Shown: positions 1 to 11,007 of the stretch, one piece after another | Numbering within the stretch: position 1 is the first letter of the stretch | Layout: each line of letters starts with the position of its first letter | DNA from: Propionibacterium ruminifibrarum | GTDB taxonomy: Bacteria > Actinomycetota > Actinomycetes > Propionibacteriales > Propionibacteriaceae | DNA length: 32,000 nucleotides | Assembly (NCBI RefSeq): GCF_900289195.1 | Contig: NZ_OMOH01000002.1 | Location: forward strand, 61,206 to 93,205 | Reading direction: 5' to 3' | Translations under genes and position numbers: made by a program | Notes under the pieces: model-generated | Told to the model about the DNA's origin: nothing | The model's database searches: none | The model's input: the letters and a program-made list of their open reading frames with translations, nothing else

Positions 1-1
1 A

Positions 2-1333
2 ACCGACATCTTCAGCGAGGACTCCTGCATCGAGTCATGGCTGTGCGTCGAACGGGCACTGGCCACGGCACAGGCCTCGCTGGGCGTCATCGAACAGTCC
101 GACGCCGAGGCCATCGTCCGAGCGGCCCGGATCGAGAACATTGACCGCGATCAGTTGTGGGAGGACGCCAAGAACGTCGGGTATCCCATCCTCGGGCTGG
201 TCCGTCAGATCTCGGCCCACTGCCCCGCGGGCCCCGACGGGCGGGTGCACTACGGCGCGACAACACAGGACATCATGGACACCGGCCTGGCGCTCCAGAT
301 GTCCCGCTCTCTGGTGGCCCTGGACGCCCAGCTCCAGCGGCTGGGGGATGCTCTCGCCCGACACGTCGCTGAGCACGCCCGCACCGTCATGCCCGGCCGC
401 ACTCATGCCCAGCAGGCCGTACCGACGACCTTCGGTGCGACACTGGCCACCCTGCTCGGTCAGGTCCAGCGGCAGCGTGTCCGGCTGCAGCAGGCTCAGG
501 AACGGATCGCTGTCGTGTCACTCTTCGGTGCGGGCGGAACCAATGCAGCCGAGGGGCCGCGGTCCGTCGAGATCCGCACCCGGATGGCCGCCGAGCTCGG
601 CCTGGCTGACACGGCCGTGCCCTGGCACGTCGATCGCGACGTGCTCAGCGAGTACGGCTGGGTCTGCGCCGCCATCTGCGGTAGCTGCGCCAAGTTCGGA
701 CGGAACATCGTTGATCTGTCGCGCACCGAGGTCGGCGAGGTCTTCGAACCCTTCAACAGCCATCGCGGCGCCTCGTCCACCATGCCGCAGAAGGTCAACC
801 CGATCAGCTCGGAACTCATGATCGGCATCGGCGCGGTCGCCGGATCGCTGACCTCGGGCCTGGTCAGGATCCAGGAGGCCGGTCATGAACGGGCAGCCGG
901 TGAGTGGCAGGCCGAGTGGTTCCTCGTCCCCACCCTGGGTTGCCTGGCGGGGGCCGCTCTCGGTGAGGCCATCGTCGTTGCCGAAGGCCTGCGGGTGGAC
1001 CCGCAGCGGATGTTAGACAATCTGGATCTTGATGGCGGGCTGATCATGGCCGAGGCGATGATGATCCAGCTGGCGCCCGCGATGGGCCGTGAGCACGCCC
1101 ATGACTTGGTGTACGAGGCGGCCGAGCGGGCACGGGCACAAAAGCGGACGCTGCACGAGATCATGCCGGTCGTTGCGGCCGAGCAGGGCAAGTCCGAACT
1201 TCTGCCCGAGCATCTGATCAGACCGGCCGAGTACGTCGGCGAGGCCGAGCACACCGTCGCGACCGCCATCAGTCAGTGGGAGTCCACGCGTCCCCTGCCC
1301 GAACCCCCGGCGATCACGGATCTGAGCAGGTGA
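2..1333 (+). CDS. Fumarate-lyase superfamily enzyme (adenylosuccinate lyase / 3-carboxy-cis,cis-muconate cycloisomerase-like), 5'-truncated by the window edge
   Basis: Frame 2 is open from nt 2 (TDIFSEDSCIESW...) to TGA 1331-1333, so the true start lies upstream of the window. It carries superfamily hallmarks PGRTHAQQAVPTTFG and the signature-like GASSTMPQKVNP. The subfamily cannot be decided by eye. Confidence 0.85.
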   Translation, partial: TDIFSEDSCIESWLCVERALATAQASLGVIEQSDAEAIVRAARIENIDRDQLWEDAKNVGYPILGLVRQISAHCPAGPDGRVHYGATTQDIMDTGLALQMSRSLVALDAQLQRLGDALARHVAEHARTVMPGRTHAQQAVPTTFGATLATLLGQVQRQRVRLQQAQERIAVVSLFGAGGTNAAEGPRSVEIRTRMAAELGLADTAVPWHVDRDVLSEYGWVCAAICGSCAKFGRNIVDLSRTEVGEVFEPFNSHRGASSTMPQKVNPISSELMIGIGAVAGSLTSGLVRIQEAGHERAAGEWQAEWFLVPTLGCLAGAALGEAIVVAEGLRVDPQRMLDNLDLDGGLIMAEAMMIQLAPAMGREHAHDLVYEAAERARAQKRTLHEIMPVVAAEQGKSELLPEHLIRPAEYVGEAEHTVATAISQWESTRPLPEPPAITDLSR

Positions 1334-1338
1334 ATGCC

Positions 1339-2829
1339 ATGACCGCATCAGTCTCACCGCAGGCGGACCAACAACAGCAGGCCGTCGAGCAGATGGGCGG
1401 TCTGCACCCCGTGTCCCTCCTGCGCATCCTGGTCCCGCTCGTCGTCGGTGCCGTGATCTGGTTCATCCCGCCGCCCGGCGGGGTCACGGCCCAGGCCTGG
1501 CACATGCTCGCGATCTTCCTGGCCACCATCGTGGGGATCATCGCAAAACCCCTGCCCATGGGCGCGGTGACCATCATCGGCACCGTCGTGTGCGTCCTCA
1601 CCGGCGTCGTTCCGCTGACTGCCGAGAACGCCGGGGACCCAACGGCCCTGATGGGCTTCGCCAACTCCACCATCTGGCTCATCGTGATGGCGTTCCTCAT
1701 CTCGAGGGGCTTCATCAAGACCGGGCTCGGGCGGCGGATCGCGCTCTTCTTCGTCTCGAAGATCGGCGGCCGGATGCTGGGGGTCAGCTACGGTCTGGCC
1801 CTGGCCGACCTGGTCCTGGCCCCCGCGATCCCCTCGGCAACGGCCCGCGGTGGCGGCATCATGGCGCCGATCATGCGCTCGGTGGCGCTCACCTACGACT
1901 CCACTCCGGGGCCGACAGCCCGCCGCGCTGGAGCCTTCCTCGCGATCAACGTCGGTCAGGTGAATGCGATCACCTGTGCCATGTTCATGACGGCGATGGC
2001 CGGCAATCCCCTCATCGCCTCCCTCGCATCGTCACAGGATGTGACGCTCAGCTGGACGTCTTGGGCCCTGGGCGCCATCGTGCCCGGCTTGTGCGCGCTG
2101 CTCGTGGTGCCGTTCGTCGTCTACAAGGTCTACCCGCCCGAACTCAAGGAAACCCCTGAGGTCGTCGCCATGGCCAAACGCGAACTGGCCGGGTTGGGCC
2201 CGACCAGTGCCGCGGAGAAGGTCATGGGCGGCACCTTCGTCTTGCTCCTGCTGCTGTGGACGGTCGGCGACATCGTGCTCGGCATCAACGCCACCACGAC
2301 GGGGTTCATCGGCCTGGTCGTTCTGCTGCTGAGCGGCGTCCTGACCTGGGAGGACGTCGCCCGGGAGAAGGCCGCCTGGGACACCATGGTGTGGTTCGCG
2401 GTCCTCTATATGATGGCCACGGCGCTTGGCAAGTACGGGCTCATCGGCTGGCTGGCCGACATGATCGCCGGCTCGCTCGGCGGCATGAGCTGGCAGCTCG
2501 CATTCATCACCCTGACCCTGGTCTACTTCTTCAGCCATTACCTGTTCGCCTCGGCGACGGCGCACATCTCGGCCATGTACGTCGCCTTCCTCGCGGCCGC
2601 CATCGCCGTCGGGACGCCACCACTCATGGCCGCCCTCGTGCTGGGCTACATATCCAATCTGTTCACCTCGATCACCCAGTACGCGGGAGGCGCGAGCCCG
2701 GCCCTGTTCGGCACCGGCTACAACAGTGTCGGCGCCTGGTGGCGAGTCAGCTTCATCGCGGCTCTTGCCTCGATCGCCGTCTGGATGATCATAGGCGGCG
2801 GCTGGATGAAACTGATCGGATACTGGTGA
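1339..2829 (+). CDS. DASS-family (divalent anion:Na+ symporter / CitT-TtdT-like) anion permease
   Basis: This is the ORF-track frame 1276..2829. I prefer ATG 1339 (MTASVSPQ...); the alternative GTG 1330 overlaps the upstream TGA as GTGA. The product is about 496 aa and highly hydrophobic with many TM segments, with the typical DASS N-terminal context (WFIPPPGGVTAQAWHMLAIFLATIVG). Substrate is unknown. Confidence 0.85.
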   Translation: MTASVSPQADQQQQAVEQMGGLHPVSLLRILVPLVVGAVIWFIPPPGGVTAQAWHMLAIFLATIVGIIAKPLPMGAVTIIGTVVCVLTGVVPLTAENAGDPTALMGFANSTIWLIVMAFLISRGFIKTGLGRRIALFFVSKIGGRMLGVSYGLALADLVLAPAIPSATARGGGIMAPIMRSVALTYDSTPGPTARRAGAFLAINVGQVNAITCAMFMTAMAGNPLIASLASSQDVTLSWTSWALGAIVPGLCALLVVPFVVYKVYPPELKETPEVVAMAKRELAGLGPTSAAEKVMGGTFVLLLLLWTVGDIVLGINATTTGFIGLVVLLLSGVLTWEDVAREKAAWDTMVWFAVLYMMATALGKYGLIGWLADMIAGSLGGMSWQLAFITLTLVYFFSHYLFASATAHISAMYVAFLAAAIAVGTPPLMAALVLGYISNLFTSITQYAGGASPALFGTGYNSVGAWWRVSFIAALASIAVWMIIGGGWMKLIGYW

Positions 2830-2839
2830 GGAACGAACG

Positions 2840-3739
2840 ATGAGCACCCGGGACGAGGATTTCCACGGCATCTACCCCTATCTCGTGTCCCCTATGGACG
2901 AACGGGGGCGAGTGGACGAACTGGCCCTGCGCCGCCTCGTCCGGCACCTGCTGGACGAGGGGGTGCACGGGCTGTCCCCGCTGGGTTCGACCGGCGAGGT
3001 GATGTACCTGACGCCAGGACAGCAAGAAACCATCGTCAGGACAACCATCGAGGAGGCCGCCGGACGGGTGCCTGTCGTGGCCGGGGTGGCCGCCTACGCC
3101 AGTGCGGCGGCGGCCACCCAGGCTGCCGCCATGACCTCGTGGGGGGTCGACGGGGTCATCGGCATTCAACTGGTCTACGGCCCGCCCCCGCTTGACGGTG
3201 TCGTCGACTACTTCCACGCACTGGCCACGGCAACAGACCTTCCGGTCGTGCTGTACACGAATCCGCGACTGGGAGCGGACATCCCTCTGACGGCCCTGGA
3301 ACGGATCGTCGCCGACGACAATGTGCGCTACCTGAAGGATGCCTCCGGGGTGACTGGCAAGTTGCTGTCCATCCAGTCCGTGCTGGGCGAGAGGCTGAAA
3401 TTCTTCGCCGCTTCCGCCCATCTGCCCACCGCCGTCCTCGACCTCGGCGGGGTGGGCTGGATGGCCGGGCCGGCCTGCGTCGTGCCGGCCGCCGCAACCG
3501 CCCTGTGGGACGCGCACCTGCGCGGCGACCTTGCCCGCCGGGCAAGACTCCAGGCTGAGATCTGGCCGTTGAACGCGCTGTTCACCCGTCATGGTCTGGC
3601 CCCGCTCATCAAGCTCGCGCTGGACGAGATCGGGTACCCCTGCGGTGATCCGGTGCGTCCCCAGCTACCGGCTCCGGACGAGGTGAGGCCAGAACTCCGA
3701 AAGGTCTTGGCTGGAATCGCGGAAGCAGTGGCGAGCTGA
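2840..3739 (+). CDS. Dihydrodipicolinate synthase / N-acetylneuraminate lyase family aldolase
   Basis: 299 aa, starting 10 nt after the transporter stop. Family motifs are present: GSTGE, VLYTNP, and a Schiff-base lysine context VRYLKDASG. Confidence 0.85.
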   Translation: MSTRDEDFHGIYPYLVSPMDERGRVDELALRRLVRHLLDEGVHGLSPLGSTGEVMYLTPGQQETIVRTTIEEAAGRVPVVAGVAAYASAAAATQAAAMTSWGVDGVIGIQLVYGPPPLDGVVDYFHALATATDLPVVLYTNPRLGADIPLTALERIVADDNVRYLKDASGVTGKLLSIQSVLGERLKFFAASAHLPTAVLDLGGVGWMAGPACVVPAAATALWDAHLRGDLARRARLQAEIWPLNALFTRHGLAPLIKLALDEIGYPCGDPVRPQLPAPDEVRPELRKVLAGIAEAVAS

Positions 3740-3786
3740 CAGTCTGGGCCCGACGGCACATCACTGTTCCGTGCTACACCGGATGC

Positions 3787-4137
3787 ATGGAAATCGCCAT
3801 CAAGCGCGTGTACGAACGCCCTGACGCCGGTGACGGCTATCGGGTGCTCGTCGACCGGCTGTGGCCGCGTGGCGTGTCGAGGGCCCGGGCCGAACTCGAC
3901 GAGTGGTGCAAGGACGTCGCCCCCAGCAGCGAGCTGCGGACCTGGTTCGGGCACCGGCCGGAACTCTTCGAGGAGTTCGGGCAGCGCTACACCACCGAGC
4001 TGGAGTCCTCGAGTGCCCCGCAGGCCCTGATCGAGCGCGCCGCCGGCGCAGACCGGCTCACGCTCGTCTACGCGGCGAAGGACCCCCAGGTCAACCATGC
4101 GCTCGTCCTCGCGGACTATCTGCGACGGTTGACCTGA
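3787..4137 (+). CDS. DUF488 family protein
   Basis: 116 aa. The pattern IKRVYERP..DGYRVLVDRLWPRG......DEWCKDVAPSSELRTWFGH.PE.F.EF matches my memory of the DUF488 (YeaO-like) consensus. Confidence 0.75.
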   Translation: MEIAIKRVYERPDAGDGYRVLVDRLWPRGVSRARAELDEWCKDVAPSSELRTWFGHRPELFEEFGQRYTTELESSSAPQALIERAAGADRLTLVYAAKDPQVNHALVLADYLRRLT

Positions 4138-4160
4138 GGGTCCTGCGGCGTGCTCTGCGG

Positions 4161-6115
<1,955 letters not shown>

Positions 6116-6144
6116 CGCGGGCCCCGTCCGTCCTGAGGGGTTTG

Positions 6145-7647
6145 ATGGTCATCATGAGACTTCGCAATGCGAGGATGGTCGATCTGGTGACCGGTACGGC
6201 CGGCCGGCCCCATGACATCGTGGTCAGCGGCCCCCGCATCTACCGCTCCGATGTGGCCGCGACGGGTGCCGATGACGACGGATCCGAGATCGATCTGCAG
6301 GGCAGGTGGGTCATGCCCGGTCTGTGGGACGCGCACGTTCACTTCGACCTGTGGGCCATGGCCTGCCGATGGCCCGATGCGGGCAGGGCGGACAGTGCGG
6401 CCGAGCTGTGCGCACGGCTGGGCGGCATCACCGAGCAGAGGACCGACGACGAACCGATCATCGCAATGGGCGCCCAGCCCTGGACCTGGCCCGACACACT
6501 GGCCGGTGCGATGCTCGATGCGATCAGTGCCACCCGCCCCATCGTCGTTGTGGCCGCGAACCTGCACACCGCATGGACGAATGGTGCCGCCCGGCGCCAC
6601 TGGGGCATGGACCGGGAGGACCTTGCCGACGGCGTCCTCCACGAGAAGGACGCCTTCAGGCTGGAGGACAGGTTCAGCGTAGTCGACGAGACCATGCTCG
6701 ACGAGTGGGTGGCCCGGGCGCAGGAACTGGCGGCCTCGCGGGGCATTGTGGGCGTGACCGACATGCAACACGGTCCCGGGCGGATCCGCACGTGGCGCCG
6801 CCGCGCCGCCCGCCCCGACCAGCTGCTGCGGGTCGTCATCGCCTGCTGGGGCGACAACCTCGACGAGGCCATCGCATCGGGGATGCGCACCGATCATCCC
6901 CTCGACGAGGCGGGGTGGCTGCGGGGAGGGCCACTCAAGATCATCAGCGATGGTTCGTTCACCGCCCAGACGGCCTGGTGCTCCCGCCCCTACGGCGATC
7001 CCGGCGACGGGCTCGATCCGCACGGCGCGCCGAGCATCACCCGCGAGAAGCTCGCCACCTTGATGGGCCGCGCGGAGTTGCACGGTCTGCAGACCGCCGT
7101 GCACGCCATCGGTGACAGGGCGATCACCATGGCGCTGGACTGTTTCACCGAGACCGGCGCCACCGGAAGCATCGAACACGCCGCCGTACCGAGCCCATCG
7201 GACATCTCCCGCATGGCCGAACTCGGTTTGCGCGCCAGCGTGCAGCCCGTGCACATGCTCGCCGATCGCGGACTCGTCGAGGAGCGCTGGCCGGCGGAGA
7301 CCGACCGCTTCTTCCCCCTGCGCTCGATGCTCGAGGCAGGGGTGCCGCTCAGCTTCGGCACGGACGCCCCGGTCGCACCGGTCGATCCCTGGCTGACGAT
7401 TCAGACCGCCGTGCTGCGCGCCCTGCCGGGCCAGGAGGCGTGGCACTCCCGCGAGGCGCTGAGCATCGCTCAGGCGCTGCGCGCCTCGACAGGACGTATC
7501 GGTGCGCTGGTGCCGGGCGGGTACGCCGATCTCATCGCCCTCGACGAGAACCCGTTCGCGACCGAGCCCGACCGCCTCGGACGGACCGAGGTCTTCCTGA
7601 CCATGGCGAACGGAAGGATCACCTGGTGGGCGGACGCCGCTGACTAG
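6145..7647 (+). CDS. Amidohydrolase-family metal-dependent hydrolase (Amidohydro_3-like)
   Basis: Metal-binding HxH context PGLWDAHVHF, with later HAIGD and GTDAPV motifs. The ORF-track start 5887 was trimmed to ATG 6145 (MVIMRLRNARMVD...), which follows GAGGGG by 4 nt. ATG 6154 is an alternative. Confidence 0.85.
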   Translation: MVIMRLRNARMVDLVTGTAGRPHDIVVSGPRIYRSDVAATGADDDGSEIDLQGRWVMPGLWDAHVHFDLWAMACRWPDAGRADSAAELCARLGGITEQRTDDEPIIAMGAQPWTWPDTLAGAMLDAISATRPIVVVAANLHTAWTNGAARRHWGMDREDLADGVLHEKDAFRLEDRFSVVDETMLDEWVARAQELAASRGIVGVTDMQHGPGRIRTWRRRAARPDQLLRVVIACWGDNLDEAIASGMRTDHPLDEAGWLRGGPLKIISDGSFTAQTAWCSRPYGDPGDGLDPHGAPSITREKLATLMGRAELHGLQTAVHAIGDRAITMALDCFTETGATGSIEHAAVPSPSDISRMAELGLRASVQPVHMLADRGLVEERWPAETDRFFPLRSMLEAGVPLSFGTDAPVAPVDPWLTIQTAVLRALPGQEAWHSREALSIAQALRASTGRIGALVPGGYADLIALDENPFATEPDRLGRTEVFLTMANGRITWWADAAD

Positions 7648-7752
7648 ACCGCGGCCGGGCACCATCTGGTCAACGCGAGCGGATGCGGCGGCCGGCCAGG
7701 AGTCGACGGGGTCGAGTCACCCGCTCGGGTTCGCGGACCACCGGACGAGGTT

Positions 7753-7782
7753 GAGGGGCCGGCCCAGGTGGGCCGGCCCCTC
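7753..7782. terminator. GC-rich stem-loop between convergent genes (probable bidirectional terminator)
   Basis: Perfect 13-bp stem GAGGGGCCGGCCC / GGGCCGGCCCCTC with a 4-nt loop AGGT. On the plus strand it is followed by ACCGATTTCGTCG. It lies between the amidohydrolase stop (7647) and the small minus-strand ORF stop (7837). Confidence 0.6.
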
Positions 7783-7836
7783 ACCGATTTCGTCGTGTCC
7801 ACGGTCAGGCGGTCCGGCCGCCCCCGGAACGGGTCC

Positions 7837-8034
7837 TCAGACGTCTTCGCCGTCGCCCGTGCCGGGGCGTCCGAGATAGGCCAGGGCCCCGACGACACCG
7901 CCGACGAGAACGGTGCAGACCAGCAGCTTGCGCAGGCAACGGCCGAGGAATGAACCCTTCTTGGCCTGCTTCTTCGCAGCCTTGGCGGCCTTCTTCTCGG
8001 CCTTCTTGGCAGCGCGCTTCTTACAGATCGCCAT
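7837..8034 (-). CDS. Small (65 aa) Lys/Ala-rich, C-terminally membrane-anchored protein, function unknown
   Basis: A strong SD, AGGAGG, lies 4 nt upstream of the ATG (minus sense GCACTAGGAGGCGATATG). The sequence is MAICKKRAAKKAEKKAAKAAKKQAKK, then one hydrophobic segment LLVCTVLVGGVVGALAYLG, then the acidic tail GTGDGEDV. Confidence 0.6.
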   Translation of the reverse strand: MAICKKRAAKKAEKKAAKAAKKQAKKGSFLGRCLRKLLVCTVLVGGVVGALAYLGRPGTGDGEDV

Positions 8035-8077
8035 GATCGCCTCCTAGTGCATTGTGCTTTTCCATCGTCTCATGACC

Positions 8078-8110
8078 GGCCCGTGTCCCGCTGACTGGCC
8101 CGTTGTCCCG
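8078..8110. repeat. Direct repeat GGCCCGT(T)GTCCCG x2 upstream of the small ORF
   Basis: ggcccgtgtcccg at 8078-8090 and ggcccgttgtcccg at 8097-8110, with a 19-nt period, 44-76 nt upstream of the 8034 start. Possibly a regulator binding site. Confidence 0.3.
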
Positions 8111-8137
8111 CCCGATTGGGGCGTCGAGGAATCGGGA

Positions 8138-8743
8138 TCAGCGCTCGTTGGCGTCCCTCATGAAGTCGGTGACACGGTAGCGGATCCCCTGGTCTATGCC
8201 CGACAGCAGGGCATCCTCACCCGGAACGCGAACCGCCGTCAGGGCGCCTTGTTCGCTGGAGGCGATCTGCTCGTCGGCGATCGTGTACCTGCGGCGCAGT
8301 ACCCCGTCGAGCGTCCAGGTGATGGTCGTGGGCTCCGTCCAGGCGAAAACCGCCTCGTGCTGCTCGCCGGTGATCTCGTCGATCATCGTGCACTCGATCG
8401 GGGCGTGCTCGGGCTTGTCTGCCAGGTAGTGCGCAATGCCGTACTCGGCCCAGACGGGCACGCAGGGGCTGGGCATGTCGGTGGTGCGTTGCAGGTCGTG
8501 GAGCCTGTCGTCGATCCGGGTCAGGGCGTGCGTCCAGGTGAAGGGGTTGGCGTTCTTGCACTCGATGCGTGAACTCACCTCGACGAGCTTCCCGTCGGCG
8601 GGCATCACCGCGAACGTCAGGATGTTCGTGGCGCCGAGGTCGTGCACGACCGCGCCCACTGTCGCCCCCTGCGCATTGGTGAGACGCTCGAAGATCCGCC
8701 GGACACCGAATGCGGTACGGCGGTCGCCTCCAGAAAGTGCCAT
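8138..8743 (-). CDS. Hypothetical protein (201 aa) immediately downstream of era
   Basis: ATG 8743 is preceded by GAGGA, which abuts the era stop codon (minus sense TGAGAGGACCGTCATG). The gap to era is 10 nt. I recognise no motif. Confidence 0.7.
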   Translation of the reverse strand: MALSGGDRRTAFGVRRIFERLTNAQGATVGAVVHDLGATNILTFAVMPADGKLVEVSSRIECKNANPFTWTHALTRIDDRLHDLQRTTDMPSPCVPVWAEYGIAHYLADKPEHAPIECTMIDEITGEQHEAVFAWTEPTTITWTLDGVLRRRYTIADEQIASSEQGALTAVRVPGEDALLSGIDQGIRYRVTDFMRDANER

Positions 8744-8753
8744 GACGGTCCTC

Positions 8754-9698
8754 TCAGAATCCCAGTCGGTTCAGCTGTTTCGCGTCGCGCTGCCAGTCCT
8801 TGACCACCTTGACCCTGAGGTCAAGGTGCACGGGAGTGCCGAGCAGCGAGGAGATCTGGCGGCGCGCGCGGGTGCCGATGCGTTTGATGCGTTCACCACC
8901 CCTGCCCACCATGATGCCCTTCTGCGAGTCGCGTTCGACGATGAGGCTGGCGTAGATGTCGAGCAGCGGGTGACGCTCGTCGCGGCCATCGCGCAGGCCC
9001 ATCTCGTCGATCGACACCGTGATCGAGTGCGGCAATTCGTCGCGAACCTCCTCGAGCGCTGCTTCGCGGATGAGTTCGGCGGCCAGGGTCTCGTCCGGCT
9101 CATCGGTGATCTCGCCGTCGGGGTAGAACGGCGGGCCCGGTTCCATGAGGTCGAACAGCACGTCGGCGACCTCGTTGACCTGGTCGCCGTTGAGCGCCGA
9201 GCAGGGCACGATCTGCTCGAAGGAGACACCGACCTCGGCCTGCAGGGCGTCGATGCGACTCAGGTGCTGCGCGAGTCGCTCGGGTCTCACCAGATCGGTC
9301 TTGGTGGCGATGGCCATGATCCTGGGGCCGTTGCGCAGACCGGCCAGTTGCCTGGCCAGGAAGACGTCGCCGGGGCCGATGCGTTCATTGCTGGGCAGCA
9401 CCAGGGCGACGACGTCGACCTCGGACCAGGTGTCGCGGACGAGGTCGTTGAGACGGGTCTGCAGCAGCGAGCGGGGTTTGCTGACGCCGGGCGTGTCGAT
9501 GATGACCAGCTGACCGTCGGGGCGGTGGACGATGCCGCGCACCGTGTGACGAGTGGTCTGCGGCTTCGAGCTGGTGATGGCGACCTTGCTCCCGACGAGG
9601 GCATTCGTCAGTGTCGACTTGCCGGCGTTGGGGCGGCCCACGAAGCACACGAAGCCACTGCGGAAGTCCTCGGGGATGCTCATGATCTCACTGCTCAT
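8754..9698 (-). CDS. era: GTPase Era
   Basis: G1 motif GRPNAGKSTL, DTPG, TKTD, and a C-terminal KH domain. The ORF-track start 10013 was trimmed to ATG 9698 ([12 protein letters not shown]...), which is preceded by AGGAGC. It overlaps the upstream gene by 11 nt. ATG 9683 is an alternative. Confidence 0.93.
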   Translation of the reverse strand: MSSEIMSIPEDFRSGFVCFVGRPNAGKSTLTNALVGSKVAITSSKPQTTRHTVRGIVHRPDGQLVIIDTPGVSKPRSLLQTRLNDLVRDTWSEVDVVALVLPSNERIGPGDVFLARQLAGLRNGPRIMAIATKTDLVRPERLAQHLSRIDALQAEVGVSFEQIVPCSALNGDQVNEVADVLFDLMEPGPPFYPDGEITDEPDETLAAELIREAALEEVRDELPHSITVSIDEMGLRDGRDERHPLLDIYASLIVERDSQKGIMVGRGGERIKRIGTRARRQISSLLGTPVHLDLRVKVVKDWQRDAKQLNRLGF

Positions 9699-11007
9699 CG
9701 GTGGGCTCCTGTTCGTCGCCGGCCGGTTCAGGCAGCGACGAGACGACGATGGTGTCGATCTGGTGACGTCGGCCGGTGGCTCGTTCCGCGGTGAACTCCA
9801 AACCCTGCCACTGCACGTGCGCCCCCGGGATCGGGACACGGTTGAGGAGCTTGGCCATGAGGCCGCCCGCCGTGTCGACGTCCTCGTCCGCGAGGTCGAG
9901 GCCGAACAGGTCGCCGACCTCGCCGAGGGACATGCGGGCCGAGACGCGCCAGCGGTCGGGTTCGATCCGCTCGGCCAGGTCGGGTTCGGCGTCGTACTCG
10001 TCGGTGATCTCACCGACGATCTCCTCGACGAGGTCCTCGATGGTGGCCAGACCGGCCGAGCCGCCGAACTCGTCGACGACGACGACCATGTGATTGCGGC
10101 TGGCCTGCATCTCGGTGAGCAGTTCGTCGACCGGCTTGGAGTCGGGGCAGAAGGCCACCGGGCGCATGTGCTGGTCGACCGTCTCGGCGCGCTCGGCGTC
10201 CGGGTCGTCGAAGATGCGTTGGGTGATGTCCTTGATGTACATGACGCCGCGGACGTCGTCGAGGTTCTCCCCGATGACGGGGATCCGGCTGAACCCCGAC
10301 CGCAGGGCCAGGCTCATGCCCTGGCGCAGCGTCTTGCCGGACTCGATGAAGACCACGTCGGTGCGGGGCACCATGACCTCGCGGACGAGGGTGTCCCCCA
10401 GCTCGAAGACGGAGTGGATCATCTCGCGTTCGCCGTGTTCGATCGCATCGGCCTGCTCGGCGATGTCGACGAGCTGGCGCAGTTCCTCCTCGGAGGCGAA
10501 GGGCCCGTCGGCGTAACCGCGGCCGGGGGTCACGGCGTTGCCGACGAGGATGAGTGCGCTGGTCAGCCAGCCGAACAGTGCGGTGCACAGGCGCAGCGGA
10601 CCGGAGGCGCGGACGGCGACGGTCTCGGCCCGCTGCCGGCCGAGGGTGCGGGGCATGACGCCCCAGAGGATGAAGGCGATGACGGTGAGGACGAGCACGG
10701 GGACGGCGAACCGCACCCAGGTACCGTCCAGGTGCTCGAAGAGCACCCAGAAGACGACGCAGGCGGTGACCATCTCGCACGCGGTACGCAGGAGCATCGC
10801 CGTGTTGATGGCCGGCGCGGGGTCCGCCTCGATCTCGGCGACACGCGCGGCGCCGCGCACGCCGTCATCGACCATGTGCTGGGCACGGGAGGGGGTGATC
10901 ACCTGCAGCGCGGTCTCCCCGGCGGCGAGCAGACTGGCGAGAATCGTTGCGACGAGCGCGACGGCCAGCGCGATCCATTGGCCGCTGGTCACCTGGCCGC
11001 CCGCCAC
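9688..11007 (-). CDS. CNNM/hemolysin-family membrane protein (DUF21 + CBS pair + CorC_HlyC)
   Basis: N-terminal TM region, then [12 protein letters not shown] and [26 protein letters not shown], which are typical of TlyC/CorC-like proteins. The start is ATG 11007, or GTG 10992 forming a GTGA overlap with the ybeY stop. Confidence 0.88.
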   Translation of the reverse strand: MAGGQVTSGQWIALAVALVATILASLLAAGETALQVITPSRAQHMVDDGVRGAARVAEIEADPAPAINTAMLLRTACEMVTACVVFWVLFEHLDGTWVRFAVPVLVLTVIAFILWGVMPRTLGRQRAETVAVRASGPLRLCTALFGWLTSALILVGNAVTPGRGYADGPFASEEELRQLVDIAEQADAIEHGEREMIHSVFELGDTLVREVMVPRTDVVFIESGKTLRQGMSLALRSGFSRIPVIGENLDDVRGVMYIKDITQRIFDDPDAERAETVDQHMRPVAFCPDSKPVDELLTEMQASRNHMVVVVDEFGGSAGLATIEDLVEEIVGEITDEYDAEPDLAERIEPDRWRVSARMSLGEVGDLFGLDLADEDVDTAGGLMAKLLNRVPIPGAHVQWQGLEFTAERATGRRHQIDTIVVSSLPEPAGDEQEPTDEQ

